NCBI GenBank assembly: GCA_965215195.1
Contig: CBDCDC010000002.1
Location: forward strand, 3,072,001 to 3,136,000
Direction: 5' to 3'
Source: Candidatus Latescibacterota bacterium
Lineage (GTDB): Bacteria > Latescibacterota > UBA2968 > UBA8231
DNA: 64,000 nt
Shown here: piece by piece, positions 1 to 10,187 of the stretch
Position numbering within the stretch: the first letter of the stretch is position 1
How the letters are laid out: the number at the start of each line of letters is the position of its first letter
Notes under the pieces: generated by a model
Told to the model about the DNA's origin: nothing
The model's database searches: none
What the model saw: only the letters and a program-made list of their open reading frames with translations
Translations under genes and position numbers: made by a program

Positions 1-107
1 ACGACTATCGGGAAGGATGACATGGAGACCTTAGTACGCAACCTTAGTACACGACCCCTAAAGTAGGCGCCCCTTACTTTGAGTACGCCTTTTCTGCTGT
101 TACCGAT

Positions 108-213
108 GGGTCCGGGATCGAGGGCACCAGTTCCCAAGCACGGGCTTGAGCCTGCTCTCGGGTCCGGGATCGAGGGCGTCCCGCCCTCGCCGAGGGCAAG
201 ATGCCCTCGATCC
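108..213. repeat. REP-like palindromic cluster
   Basis: 18-bp direct repeat GGGTCCGGGATCGAGGGC (108-125, 160-177). Inverted pair of hairpin units GGATCGAGGGCGTCCCGCCCTCG (167-189) and CGAGGGCAAGATGCCCTCGATCC (191-213). A similar unit recurs at 45984-46006. Confidence 0.7.
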
Positions 214-347
214 TTGGCCGGCTGAGGGCTGGTGGCGTGTAGTAAGGTAGGCGACACTAAGATCGCCGCCGGGTGCGCGGGCAGCCGGCCCGCCAACTCG
301 GCCGGGTGCGCGGACGGAACGGGGCTCCAGTGCGGCGGCATGCACTT

Positions 348-3005
348 TCACTCTTGGAGGCCGGCAATCATCCGCAGAAAAATCACCGTATTCGACTCGG
401 ACTCGTCGCGGAAATTGCGCCGTTCCCAGCGGCAGCCAAAATTCGCCGTGAGTTGGTATCCGAGGTAGGCAGATGCGTTCGTAAACTGCGCTGCCAGCAC
501 AAACTGCTCGAAGTCATCGAGATAGCCCACCGGTACTGGGTCCGGCCGCGACCTGAGATTGCGGAAAATCTCGTACTCGAGGCCGGACTCGAGCCAGAGC
601 GTATTCGTAAGCTCGTTCTGGCTCACGAGGAAGAAGATATGTGACAGCTCCTGCGTTTTGAGCTGATCGCGCTGGGCGGGCGTCTGGCGCATGTAGAGCT
701 GTTTCCACTTGGGCTGAATTTTCCACAGCGGACCTAGGTCGATATTGTAGTCGGCCTTCGCGACCAGACCGAGCAGATGCTGATCCCGATTAATTTCCCC
801 CTGATCCCCACGCTGATGGTAGATCTCGTGCTTCAGCTTCGCGTGTAAGTTTAGCGGTGCCCAACGCAGGTAGTCGGCCTGTAGATAGGCCGTGTTGATC
901 AAGGCATCCTGAGCGATCAACGGGTCGAGAACATCCTCCATCCCGCCGCCGGACAGAGGGGGCTGGATCCACATGATTACGTCGTCGGGGATGTTGTCTT
1001 GGACGCTCCGCAGAAAATCGAAGGACTGGAGCTCCAAGCCGTGATTCGGATAGTCCGCTGCATAGGTCAGCATGCCATAGGTTGCCTTGCTGCGTCGGTT
1101 ACTGCCCAACTGGTCCTCTTGGAAACGACCGATCATTACGCGGCTGCCCGGCGCGATCTCGACGCCGACGTACATATTGTAGCCCTCGTGATCCCGCTTA
1201 TAGGGAAAGTCGGGCTCGCGGTCGTTCTCAAACCGGTCGATGATCGCGTTGTTGTTCATATCCGTGCCAAACAAGAACTCCAACGGATCTACCCGGTAGC
1301 GAATGAAGGGCTCCACGTAGTCGGGCTGGGAGTTGTCGTTCTGGTTGAAATCGGACACGAGATCGTTGTTCTCGTCGTAGCCGGGAAAGACTTCGCGGTC
1401 GGCGACCTGCAGATCCGTATCGGTGCTGCCGCCCCCGGTGTATCGCCGTTTCCAATCGGGGTAGCGGTCTTGGTCGTCGTTGTCGTCGACGAATTCGTAC
1501 AAGTAAATGAGATCGTTTTCGTAGTTTACGACGCCGCGACCATCGGGGATGAACATGCTCGTGTTGTAGTCGGGGTCCATGCTAAAGACTTCGCCATAGG
1601 CGAACCACGGATACCGCATCTGCGAAGCCGTCACGTAGTAGGCCTGAGCCTGATTTTCGGCCAGTTGCTGATTGCGAATGATGCCCTGATTCGGGAATCT
1701 GCGATACCGGCGGTTGAGATCGAACTCGCCTCGCAGATTAAATCCGGCTAGGTCCGATATCTCGAAAGTCATCCCGAGGATCTCGTTTGCGGTCGGCAGT
1801 CCATAGTCGAAGCGCAAGACTCGCTGGTTCGATCCGTCCCGGATGTTGCCAGCGGCCTTCGCTTGGGGCAGGAATACCGGCTCGCCGGTGTTGTTTGTCT
1901 GCAGGTTTGACGTCATCTCCACGAAGTAATCGTTGGCCACGACCAACTCGATCTCAATTCGGCGGATCTCTTGGAGATCCTTGATCGAGTCCTCAAGGGT
2001 CGGGAAGAAGTCGCGCTCGATGTCGTATGTCAGCAGAACGACATCGCCACCGCTGGCCTCGATGAGTCCCCGCCGTTGTACGCCGCCGTCGACGAGGGGC
2101 TTGATCTCTGGATGCTCGACGCCGTCGATGAAAATTCGCTCGCGGTACAGAAGGGTACCACCGACTCCGTCCTCGGGTGAGTCATCGGACAGACGCACGA
2201 CGAGACGGCGGACATTTCCCGTATTCAGACGACCTGAAAGCGTCCCCTTTAGCGAATTCTGTGCCACATTGAGGTTGCTGTTCCAGTGCCCGGCGTTCAC
2301 GTAAGTACCACCTAGCTTGAGGAAGTCCCCCATCTGCATGACACCACGCCAGCCGAGCAGATTGGTGAATACCGTCGTCGACGAGGGCGGATTGTCGCGC
2401 GAGACCGCCACGGGCGCTGGATTGTTGGCACGAGAAGCCAGCAGGGTCATCTGGTACTTGTCCGTTGCCAAATCCCACTGGACACCGTCGAAGAGAGGCT
2501 TTGAGAACGTCATCGGGGTCAGGGTGGTCCGTATCAACTCACCTACCATGAGAGACGAATGGAACTGCCCGTGAGAGGTGGATGAGACCACGAGACGGTT
2601 GAACCAAGAGCCAAACTCTGGTGCCTTGAACACGCGGCTTCCGAGTTCCGTAGGTTGCTCTTGGCCCCACTCGTAGATCCGCCAGCCCCGGGTAATGTAG
2701 TTGCCGTAGATATCGTAGTAGCGATCTCCTTCGAGTTCGGTATCCACGTAGCGGCTGTACTGGCGGCGCGCGTAGTTGGTGTACTCCCAGTTCTTCCACC
2801 CATACATCTGGTAGAGGGTCTGGGGCAGATACCACTTCCGCAGCGCCGGGGCGATCGTCTCCGAAGAGATGCGCGGCCCGGACGTGACATAGGGGTTGAA
2901 AAAACCTGCCGCTAAGTCAGCGGCAACTCGCCCCTGCAGCACTAATAACGCCAAAGCGGCTGCAATGACCGTCGCCCGAGTTTTTCTATTTATACCCATG
3001 ACCAC
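348..3005 (-). CDS. Large secreted/outer-membrane hypothetical protein (putative beta-barrel with Asp/Asn-rich Ca-binding-like loops)
   Basis: 885-aa ORF with signal peptide; motifs DDNDDQDRYPD, DENNDLVSDFNQNDN and DMNNNAIID; alternating beta-strand pattern at the C-terminus; last gene of a tightly spaced operon. Confidence 0.7.
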   Translation of the reverse strand: MVMGINRKTRATVIAAALALLVLQGRVAADLAAGFFNPYVTSGPRISSETIAPALRKWYLPQTLYQMYGWKNWEYTNYARRQYSRYVDTELEGDRYYDIYGNYITRGWRIYEWGQEQPTELGSRVFKAPEFGSWFNRLVVSSTSHGQFHSSLMVGELIRTTLTPMTFSKPLFDGVQWDLATDKYQMTLLASRANNPAPVAVSRDNPPSSTTVFTNLLGWRGVMQMGDFLKLGGTYVNAGHWNSNLNVAQNSLKGTLSGRLNTGNVRRLVVRLSDDSPEDGVGGTLLYRERIFIDGVEHPEIKPLVDGGVQRRGLIEASGGDVVLLTYDIERDFFPTLEDSIKDLQEIRRIEIELVVANDYFVEMTSNLQTNNTGEPVFLPQAKAAGNIRDGSNQRVLRFDYGLPTANEILGMTFEISDLAGFNLRGEFDLNRRYRRFPNQGIIRNQQLAENQAQAYYVTASQMRYPWFAYGEVFSMDPDYNTSMFIPDGRGVVNYENDLIYLYEFVDDNDDQDRYPDWKRRYTGGGSTDTDLQVADREVFPGYDENNDLVSDFNQNDNSQPDYVEPFIRYRVDPLEFLFGTDMNNNAIIDRFENDREPDFPYKRDHEGYNMYVGVEIAPGSRVMIGRFQEDQLGSNRRSKATYGMLTYAADYPNHGLELQSFDFLRSVQDNIPDDVIMWIQPPLSGGGMEDVLDPLIAQDALINTAYLQADYLRWAPLNLHAKLKHEIYHQRGDQGEINRDQHLLGLVAKADYNIDLGPLWKIQPKWKQLYMRQTPAQRDQLKTQELSHIFFLVSQNELTNTLWLESGLEYEIFRNLRSRPDPVPVGYLDDFEQFVLAAQFTNASAYLGYQLTANFGCRWERRNFRDESESNTVIFLRMIAGLQE

Positions 3006-3010
3006 CTCTC

Positions 3011-5344
3011 TCAGTAGGCTACAGCGATGATTCGGTGCAGAACCTCATCGCCGGCATCAGCAGAGACGCGAAGCTGGCAGATATACGCGCCCGGAGGTAC
3101 TAGCTGGCCCGCCTGATCCCTCCCGTCCCACGCATGGACCCCCTCGGCTGCCTCGACAACGCGAACCAACTGCCCACTCAACGAGAAGATCTCGACGTCG
3201 GGTTCGGCGCGCACCTTGGTCAGGAGGAAGCGGATCGCGAGCTGATCGTTGACTCCATCTCCATTCGGCGTCACAATGTTGGGATTCAGGTCGAGGTTGC
3301 GGATCAAACTGCCCCCCGCAGCAGCAGGTACGTACACGGATGTCAGGCCCGTATCCTCTTCTCTCACTCCCTGCAAAACGCCCGTGTTCGAATTCCGCAC
3401 CCAAGCGTCGAAGCGGGTCGCCGCCTCGATCAGACGGGTTGCAAAGGAGATCGTCACCGAGTCGCGGCGATTGACTGTCGGCAAGGTGACGCTCAGGGAG
3501 TCGCCTAGCATCTCAACGGCGATCGGTTCTGCGTCGTTTTCCCCGATGCGGAGCGTCACATCCTCGACCGGGCGGGGCACGAGGATGAGGACCTGATTGA
3601 AGCCCGGCCCGGAGCCGATGCCCGGCTCGATGAGGTAGTCGAAGCGTTGGAGCGAGTCGAGTTCTGCCTCGCGGGGTGCGATCCGGCCGGTCACGCCGCC
3701 GCGAAGGAGAGGGTCGTCAAAGTTAATGGCGATAGACCGAAGGATCGCCGCGGTGTCGGGAGTGTCGCTGAGCAACCGAACCTGCAACTGCACGAAGTTG
3801 CGTGGACTCGGCGAGAGGAACGGTTGACCGGACCGCAGATAGGTGCGACTCCAAGAACTCCAGTCGGAACTAGGACGTCTAATCTCCACCACAGGCTGCT
3901 TCTGCGACTTGGGCAGTTTGTTCCACAGCGCGACGGGAATCTCCACCCCTGCCTTGTTGTAGTACTTGCTTTCTATGATGAAGGTATCCCCCGTCCGGGA
4001 GCGCAACTCGATTGATGCTTCCGGTGGCGCGTCCAAATCCCACTCGATGGTGGTAATGCTCTTGGTCGCCCCGAGGTCGATGTAGTCGGATGTCATCTCT
4101 ACGGCCGCCGGGTACCCTCCACCGAACCAAAGGTGCTCCCAGAGGCGGATGAAGTGGTTGTGGGGATGCCCATTCGCGTGGAACTTGTTGACCACGTGGT
4201 AGAACACGTAGCGCACCGGTCGCATTGGGAACTGAAAATCATAGATGTAGCGGGGCGGAGGGACCAGTAAGTTATCGACCTCGGTTAGTTCCTCATAGTC
4301 GAAGTTGCTCTCGACGCGATCCCCGGTGAAACCGGTCAGCTCCTCGCCGTCGGACGTGAACATGATGAAGCCGTGTTGACGGTTGTTCCCACCGCCGGAT
4401 GTGCCGAAGCCTTCGCGGAAGCTGATCGCCACATGGCGATCGAGATAGAAGGTCGCGCCGAGGTCCCACTCGTACCAAGCCCCCGAGAACTCCCAGTCTG
4501 CCGCCGCGTCCCGCTCGGCAGTCACCGACCACCATTCATTCATATCGCCGTCCATTACACTGGCGACGCCTTCGGTGTCGGTCCCGGAGACGATGTTGCC
4601 GCCGCGGTTCAGAGTGCCGAGGGCAATGTTCTCGCCCGGCGTCCACACTTCGATTTCTGCTAGGGCTGCGTCAGCCTGGGCTTTGTCGACGACGAAGCGG
4701 ATATACTGCACGACATTGAAGCTCAAGGTGTCGCCCGTGGCTAGATACGCGCCGGTCGCGCCGGCTGGATCAATGATGCTCAAGTCGTAGTCGATCACCG
4801 TCTCGGTGTTGGGCTCAATCGTACTGCCGACTCGGGTGAACAAGAAGACGTCGTTTCTAAGACTGGTCCGTGCGCCCTCCGAGGTGTACAGAGTGAAGTT
4901 CCGAAAAGGACGGGCACCGCTGGTATCTGGGAACACCAGTCGGATTCTGTTGGCGATCACGGTCCGACCGAGATCTACCTCGAGCCACAGGTCCTCCAGC
5001 TCGTCACTTGGAGAGGGTTGCCACCAAGTCGTGACGTCGCTGTCGATGACGTGCGACGCCGTCGCCTGGCCCGATCCCACCCGTCGCACACCGCCGAAGA
5101 CCAGCCCATCGTCCTTGGTCAGGTGCTCGAACTCGGAGGCGTTGGCCGCGGCATTGATATTGCGCCGATAGCGGCGCGGACGGACACTGCCATTAGTTTC
5201 CAGCACCACCGCTTCGCCGGGTAGGCTCCAAGTCTTCCATGCTGCGCGACTCTGGATCCGGTACGTCCCCGCTTCGACGCTCTGCCCTAGGGCGATGGGG
5301 AAAAACAGCAGTGCCAGCGCCCATGTACCATGTCGATAGTTCAT
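3011..5344 (-). CDS. Secreted protein with discoidin/F5-8-like domains and C-terminal FlgD Ig-like domain
   Basis: Signal peptide; WLEVDLG; C-terminal TPNGDGVND...IFSLSGQLVR...WDGRDQAGQLVPPGAY. Confidence 0.8.
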   Translation of the reverse strand: MNYRHGTWALALLFFPIALGQSVEAGTYRIQSRAAWKTWSLPGEAVVLETNGSVRPRRYRRNINAAANASEFEHLTKDDGLVFGGVRRVGSGQATASHVIDSDVTTWWQPSPSDELEDLWLEVDLGRTVIANRIRLVFPDTSGARPFRNFTLYTSEGARTSLRNDVFLFTRVGSTIEPNTETVIDYDLSIIDPAGATGAYLATGDTLSFNVVQYIRFVVDKAQADAALAEIEVWTPGENIALGTLNRGGNIVSGTDTEGVASVMDGDMNEWWSVTAERDAAADWEFSGAWYEWDLGATFYLDRHVAISFREGFGTSGGGNNRQHGFIMFTSDGEELTGFTGDRVESNFDYEELTEVDNLLVPPPRYIYDFQFPMRPVRYVFYHVVNKFHANGHPHNHFIRLWEHLWFGGGYPAAVEMTSDYIDLGATKSITTIEWDLDAPPEASIELRSRTGDTFIIESKYYNKAGVEIPVALWNKLPKSQKQPVVEIRRPSSDWSSWSRTYLRSGQPFLSPSPRNFVQLQVRLLSDTPDTAAILRSIAINFDDPLLRGGVTGRIAPREAELDSLQRFDYLIEPGIGSGPGFNQVLILVPRPVEDVTLRIGENDAEPIAVEMLGDSLSVTLPTVNRRDSVTISFATRLIEAATRFDAWVRNSNTGVLQGVREEDTGLTSVYVPAAAGGSLIRNLDLNPNIVTPNGDGVNDQLAIRFLLTKVRAEPDVEIFSLSGQLVRVVEAAEGVHAWDGRDQAGQLVPPGAYICQLRVSADAGDEVLHRIIAVAY

Positions 5345-5357
5345 CTCGTGATCTCTC

Positions 5358-7373
5358 TTAGTATGCCACGGCGACAGGGCGTAGTTTATCGACGGGACCC
5401 GCGTGGGTCTCTACCCGTACGCGACAGGCGTAGAGTCCGGGCATCGCCAAGCGTCCATCGTCTAGCCTGCCGTCCCAGTTGATCCCGTAGATCTCCTGAT
5501 CTAGCCGGTCCTCAAGCAACGAGCGCACTAGGCGGCCAGACAGATCGTAGATGCCGACACTCACCCTCACCCCCTCGACGCCGAGCAGCGCAAAGGAGGC
5601 TGTCGTCGCGTCGTTGACTCGGTCGCCGTTTGGCGTTAGCACGGATGGAATCAATTCTAGACTAGGTATTACTTCGAGTTGGGTGATTTCGGACTGCACT
5701 TGGATGTCGTTGGTCGTTACGTTGGGATTTGCGTCACCTGGATCGATCGACTGCGGCAGCACCTCGCCGGTCGTGGAGAGCACAGTTCCCGTGAAGTGCG
5801 AACTGAAACTCAAAGACGCTCCTCGGAAGAGAATGCGCACCGGCGCGTTGTCCGACGGCTGGACGCGATGAGAGGGGAAGTAAACGGTCAATTCCTGAGG
5901 TGCCGTGCGAAAGCTGTCCGGTGCGACCGGGACGAGGGGATCACCCATTTCGAAGCCTACGAGTTCGGGCGTCGAGGGCGTGAAGAGCCGTACGGCGTCG
6001 AAGCCTTCTTGGTCGCCTTCAAAGCGGGCGCGCAGGTCGAAGGTGAACACCGTGTCGCGACCCGCCTCGGCCTTGGCGATACCGGCCAGTGGTTGAGGAT
6101 CGTCCCGTAGAGCCACTTCCCCAACGATTCGGCTCGCCAGCAGCTCGGAGATTTCAAAGTCGATGGAATTGAGCCGGCCGAAGGTCTGGACATCCGCGCT
6201 TTCGATGGCGAACTGAAACTGCAGGAAGCGACGTCCATCAGGAGACTGGACGGGCTCTCCGGACGTCCGGCTTGGCGAAGACCAGAAGGACCAGTTGTCG
6301 ACATCGTTGACCACAGAGCCCCGGAGGCCAGGGCGCACTACCCCGGTGGCACTCGGCGGGAGGGCCTTGTTGAACTCCGCCTCGGTGACCTCGCGCTCGC
6401 GGCCGATCTGCGTGATGACGTGATAGACCAGAGGCGTATCGTCGTGGCCGGTTCGCGTTTGCATTGACAGGTGAACCTGAGCCGTGGAGTCGGGTAGGGC
6501 TTCGTCGCCGATTTGCCGGAAGGGAGTTAGATCCCAGTTGACGCGGCCGAAATTGAACGGACCGCCCATGTCGAGTAGGTGCGATACAAACCAGGTTCGC
6601 GTTGGATACCCGTCGGCGTAGGCCTCGATTTCGGAGAGGGTCTCGGTGAACCCGCCAGAGACGCCTAGGCTAAAATTGAAGCGGAGAAAGCGCATCATGG
6701 TTGGCGGCAGCGACAACTTGACGACCCGTTGTTGGTTATTGAAGCTCTTGGCGATCTCGATGGCCAGAGGGTTGTAGGAGGTTTCATTGGCCAGCAGGAG
6801 CAGAGCCGTGGGTTCGAGGGCACCGGTGATCTCGTAGCCTCGCGGGAACAAGTTCTTGAACTCCTCCCCCTCGACCGAGTATCCTGCGTTCGGCGCATAG
6901 AAGACTATGCGCGACACTGGCATAGGTACGCCTAGGTCGAAGGTCCACTGGGTGGGGAAAGGAGTGAGAGCACCGAGTGGATCCCCGTCGATCAACAAGG
7001 GGTTACCACCTCGTATCCCGCTTTGGATCCGCCAGAAGCGAGGCGTCAGATTGAGCTTAAATCCCGGGGTGCCTTGCCCCGACTTTCTAGTCGTCCAAGT
7101 GAATCCGAGGAGGTTGACGATTTGGCCCAGATCGCCGATCCCTCCGTGGAGGATGTTCTCCTCCGGCAGGAACCGACGCGGCTGTAGACTGCCGTGGGCG
7201 GTCGTATCCTCGAGGGCGGCGATCTCCTGCGCGATATCCGACCAAGGTACGCCCCCTTGGCCGATGACCAAGTGACGCACCTCGGCTGTGACGGCCGTCG
7301 TCCAAGCCATCGCGAGGAACACGCCCCACAGGCCCCATGTGATGCGCCTACGTCCAAATTCAATAAACGACAT
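5358..7373 (-). CDS. Secreted protein with C-terminal FlgD Ig-like domain (paralog)
   Basis: Signal peptide; TPNGDRVND...IYDLSGRLVR...WDGRLDDG...PGLY; shares RTGxD and WSxWS motifs with its neighbours. Confidence 0.8.
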   Translation of the reverse strand: MSFIEFGRRRITWGLWGVFLAMAWTTAVTAEVRHLVIGQGGVPWSDIAQEIAALEDTTAHGSLQPRRFLPEENILHGGIGDLGQIVNLLGFTWTTRKSGQGTPGFKLNLTPRFWRIQSGIRGGNPLLIDGDPLGALTPFPTQWTFDLGVPMPVSRIVFYAPNAGYSVEGEEFKNLFPRGYEITGALEPTALLLLANETSYNPLAIEIAKSFNNQQRVVKLSLPPTMMRFLRFNFSLGVSGGFTETLSEIEAYADGYPTRTWFVSHLLDMGGPFNFGRVNWDLTPFRQIGDEALPDSTAQVHLSMQTRTGHDDTPLVYHVITQIGREREVTEAEFNKALPPSATGVVRPGLRGSVVNDVDNWSFWSSPSRTSGEPVQSPDGRRFLQFQFAIESADVQTFGRLNSIDFEISELLASRIVGEVALRDDPQPLAGIAKAEAGRDTVFTFDLRARFEGDQEGFDAVRLFTPSTPELVGFEMGDPLVPVAPDSFRTAPQELTVYFPSHRVQPSDNAPVRILFRGASLSFSSHFTGTVLSTTGEVLPQSIDPGDANPNVTTNDIQVQSEITQLEVIPSLELIPSVLTPNGDRVNDATTASFALLGVEGVRVSVGIYDLSGRLVRSLLEDRLDQEIYGINWDGRLDDGRLAMPGLYACRVRVETHAGPVDKLRPVAVAY

Positions 7374-9282
7374 GGACCACTCTCACTTGGTTGAGTCCTT
7401 CTTGCCCGGCCATCACCGTGAGGCGAGCCACGTAGATTCCCGGTGCGACGAGATTGCCGGCTTCGTCCCTGCCATCCCAAGGATCCTCAAATAGGCCAGC
7501 CCGACGCGGGGTATTGGCCACTTCGCGGACGAAGCGGCCGGACAGATCGTAGATAGCTAGGCTAATATGTGCCGCCTCTACGAGGCGGATGATCGAGGAG
7601 GAGAAGACGCCCTCGTCGTTTATGCCATCCCCATTGGGCGAGATCGCGGCCGGGGCCATAGTGAAGGCATTGATGACGCTCCCGCCGCTACCGGAGAAGA
7701 AGACTCTCAAGGAGTTCGTGCTAACTTCCTCATTGGCATCGCCCTCGGCGATGTTCTGCGGCAGCCTGCCCCTCGTATCAGTTAGCTGCCCTTCGAGGAA
7801 CGTCGTGAACAGGAGCGAACGGGTGCGGAAGGTCACTCGAAGTCGTTCATCCCGACCGTGCTCGACGCGATTGCTGGGAAAATATACCCTCAGCTCGCCA
7901 TCTTCTTCCCGGACGCTGTCCGGCTCGACGTTGGTCAGCGGAGAACCGATCTGCAGCTGCAGAAACTGCGGGCGGGCGGGCGTGCCGATCCGCACTCCGT
8001 CGAAGCCCGAGAAAGGGGGCTCTCCCATATCCACGCGGATGTCGTAGGTCAGTGTCGTATCGACTCCGGCCCGGATGGAGGTCCGCCCGAGTGGTGGATT
8101 TGGCTCCTCGAGGAGGGCGACCTCCCCCACTGCACCTGCTGCGACTGGTGTGGAGTAGGTGATTGCGAGGCTATCTACCTGCATGGCGTCCGACGTGGAA
8201 CTGGCGAACTGCAAGTTGAACTGGAAGTAGTCGCGCGGGCCGGGCAGGTGGTCGAGCTGCATGGAATACAAACCAGTGGAATCCGCTTCGAGCGGATCGG
8301 TCCAGTTGCTCCAATTCACGAGATCCTGCACGATGGATCCCTTGAGTCTGTCTGAGAGGCTTGCGTAGGCAGAGCTAGTGGTCTCTTCCTCGCGGCCCGT
8401 TCTCTCGTCGACGATCTCGTAGTAGCGAAGGGGCGTGTCGTCTTGTCCGTTGTGCAGTTGCAGGGTCACGTGGGCCTCCGCGTCGGGAGCCGGAACCAGC
8501 GTCCCGTCCTCTTGCCGGCGGACCTTTGTCGCCCGAAAAGAAAGCGTCCCAAAGTTGACCACGGTCGGTAGCTCAATGAGCGACGATTGGTACGTTCCCT
8601 TGGGCACAAATCCTTCGCCGTGAACTTCGATCTCGGCCAGTTCAAAGGGATTGGCCGACAAGACCCGCAGGCGCACGAAGCGTAGCAACTGCGTGGGGAA
8701 GTCGATCTGGGCCCGCCAGTCGCGGCTTAGCTGCACCTGCCGGACGATCTCGTAGAGCGGTGCGCCTTCCTTGCTGTAGCTTTGACCATCGCTAACGGCA
8801 ATCTCGTAGGAGCGGATAAAGTCTTCCGGTGCTGTCGGTCGCGGGTAGAAGATGATGCTACTGGCAGGGAAGGAGGTCCCCAGATCCATGAAGAAGATCC
8901 GCCCCTCTTGGTTGATGCCGAAGGTCTTGAACCGATCGCCCGTTGAGGTCGTGGCATCTCCATCGACGAGGGTGGAACTGCGGTTTTCGGCGGCACCGGC
9001 CAAGGCCGCGTTGTCCCAAATATGGCCGCTCCCATCGGAGACGAAGTCCTGCGGCGAAGAGTTCTCCCACTGGACAGCTTGGGTCACGTTGTCTTCAAGG
9101 GAGAAGACGACAGGGCTCAGAATCTCGGGCGTCGTGAGATCGATGCCGGCGGCGATGTCCGCGTACGTGGACCAAGTGTCACCGCCTCGCCCGACGACCC
9201 AGACCTCTGTCTGAGCGTGTGCCGCCATGGCGATGCCCGCCACGAGTAGGACCCAATGGACGCGCATCGCCAACCTGCTCAC
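7360..9282 (-). CDS. Secreted protein with C-terminal FlgD Ig-like domain (paralog)
   Basis: Signal peptide; SPNGDGIND...IYDLSGRFVR...WDGRDEAGNLVAPGIY. Confidence 0.8.
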   Translation of the reverse strand: MSRLAMRVHWVLLVAGIAMAAHAQTEVWVVGRGGDTWSTYADIAAGIDLTTPEILSPVVFSLEDNVTQAVQWENSSPQDFVSDGSGHIWDNAALAGAAENRSSTLVDGDATTSTGDRFKTFGINQEGRIFFMDLGTSFPASSIIFYPRPTAPEDFIRSYEIAVSDGQSYSKEGAPLYEIVRQVQLSRDWRAQIDFPTQLLRFVRLRVLSANPFELAEIEVHGEGFVPKGTYQSSLIELPTVVNFGTLSFRATKVRRQEDGTLVPAPDAEAHVTLQLHNGQDDTPLRYYEIVDERTGREEETTSSAYASLSDRLKGSIVQDLVNWSNWTDPLEADSTGLYSMQLDHLPGPRDYFQFNLQFASSTSDAMQVDSLAITYSTPVAAGAVGEVALLEEPNPPLGRTSIRAGVDTTLTYDIRVDMGEPPFSGFDGVRIGTPARPQFLQLQIGSPLTNVEPDSVREEDGELRVYFPSNRVEHGRDERLRVTFRTRSLLFTTFLEGQLTDTRGRLPQNIAEGDANEEVSTNSLRVFFSGSGGSVINAFTMAPAAISPNGDGINDEGVFSSSIIRLVEAAHISLAIYDLSGRFVREVANTPRRAGLFEDPWDGRDEAGNLVAPGIYVARLTVMAGQEGLNQVRVVHVVY

Positions 9283-10013
9283 CTGTGGGCGGCGAGTTCG
9301 GGAGGTGGTTGGTAGCCTCTGTACACTTCGCGCTGGTAGCGGAAGGTCAGATCGATGGTTTCCGTAGGCTCGTTGCGGTAGTCAAAACGCACGGCGACAT
9401 CGTCGATATGTACGCTGAACTCAGTGACGTCGTGGTCCAGCTTGGGAAACAGAACGTAGCCTGCCAAGTCCTGACCGCTGAACACGATATCTGCCGCGTA
9501 GAGGTTGCGGCGCAGTAGATCCCGCCGCTCCTGATAGTCGTTGTAGTTGTTGCCGGTGTATGCTTGGGCTTGGGAGTAGTAGTACTCAACCAATTCCGCA
9601 AAGGTGAGGGCTTTGTACGTGCGGCGACTTGTGGAGGACACCAGTTTTAGCCGCGCAGGATCAACGCGGACCTTTGGATAGGCGTAATTCTTCACCGACA
9701 AGAGGAACACCGCGTACTTTGGTGGCGTGAAGCACTCACCGAGCGGTTTCCAGTCGCCGTAGGTGAAGGGATTGGTGGCCTTCGCCCCTCCCGTGGAGTG
9801 AGCAGGGAACTGCCTATTCAACTCCTCGTCCGTCATCGGCCGCAGGCCGATCTCCAGACGCGCAAAGACGTAGGTGACCGAGCCGTCGTCTCCCACGACC
9901 ATGTGAGCTTCTTGCGAGGCTTCGGGAACCGGGTGGATCGGCCCGCCGAAGTATCTGCCACAGCCGGCCAAGAGCACTAGGAATGATAGTTGCAGTGCGC
10001 GGAACTGTTTCAT
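9279..10013 (-). CDS. Hypothetical lipoprotein
   Basis: Start moved to ATG 10013 (MKQFRALQLSFLVLLAGC, lipobox LAGC); overlaps the next gene by 4 nt. Confidence 0.75.
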   Translation of the reverse strand: MKQFRALQLSFLVLLAGCGRYFGGPIHPVPEASQEAHMVVGDDGSVTYVFARLEIGLRPMTDEELNRQFPAHSTGGAKATNPFTYGDWKPLGECFTPPKYAVFLLSVKNYAYPKVRVDPARLKLVSSTSRRTYKALTFAELVEYYYSQAQAYTGNNYNDYQERRDLLRRNLYAADIVFSGQDLAGYVLFPKLDHDVTEFSVHIDDVAVRFDYRNEPTETIDLTFRYQREVYRGYQPPPELAAHR

Positions 10014-10134
10014 AGCCGCTTTTGTCGGGAGTCGATCCTGAGAAAATCCGGCTTGGCCCGTTGTGCGGACTAGGCCGGGAGGCAATTGTGGAGCGCGGCG
10101 GCGATCTCGTGTCGCCACCAGAAGCAGACTTGCC

Positions 10135-10177
10135 GGTTAGCTGGACGCAGTCAAGATAGCTCTGCGTCCAGCTAACC
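10135..10177. other. Intra-operon stem-loop (16-bp perfect inverted repeat)
   Basis: GGTTAGCTGGACGCAG (10135-10150) and CTGCGTCCAGCTAACC (10162-10177), directly after the stop of the first operon gene; no U-tract. Confidence 0.7.
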
Positions 10178-10187
10178 AGCGTAGGCA

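Noticed and set aside
1-213. Possible CRISPR array from short repeats (CCTTAGTAC twice; 18-bp repeat twice)
   Set aside because: Only two copies of each, no regular repeat-spacer period and no cas genes.
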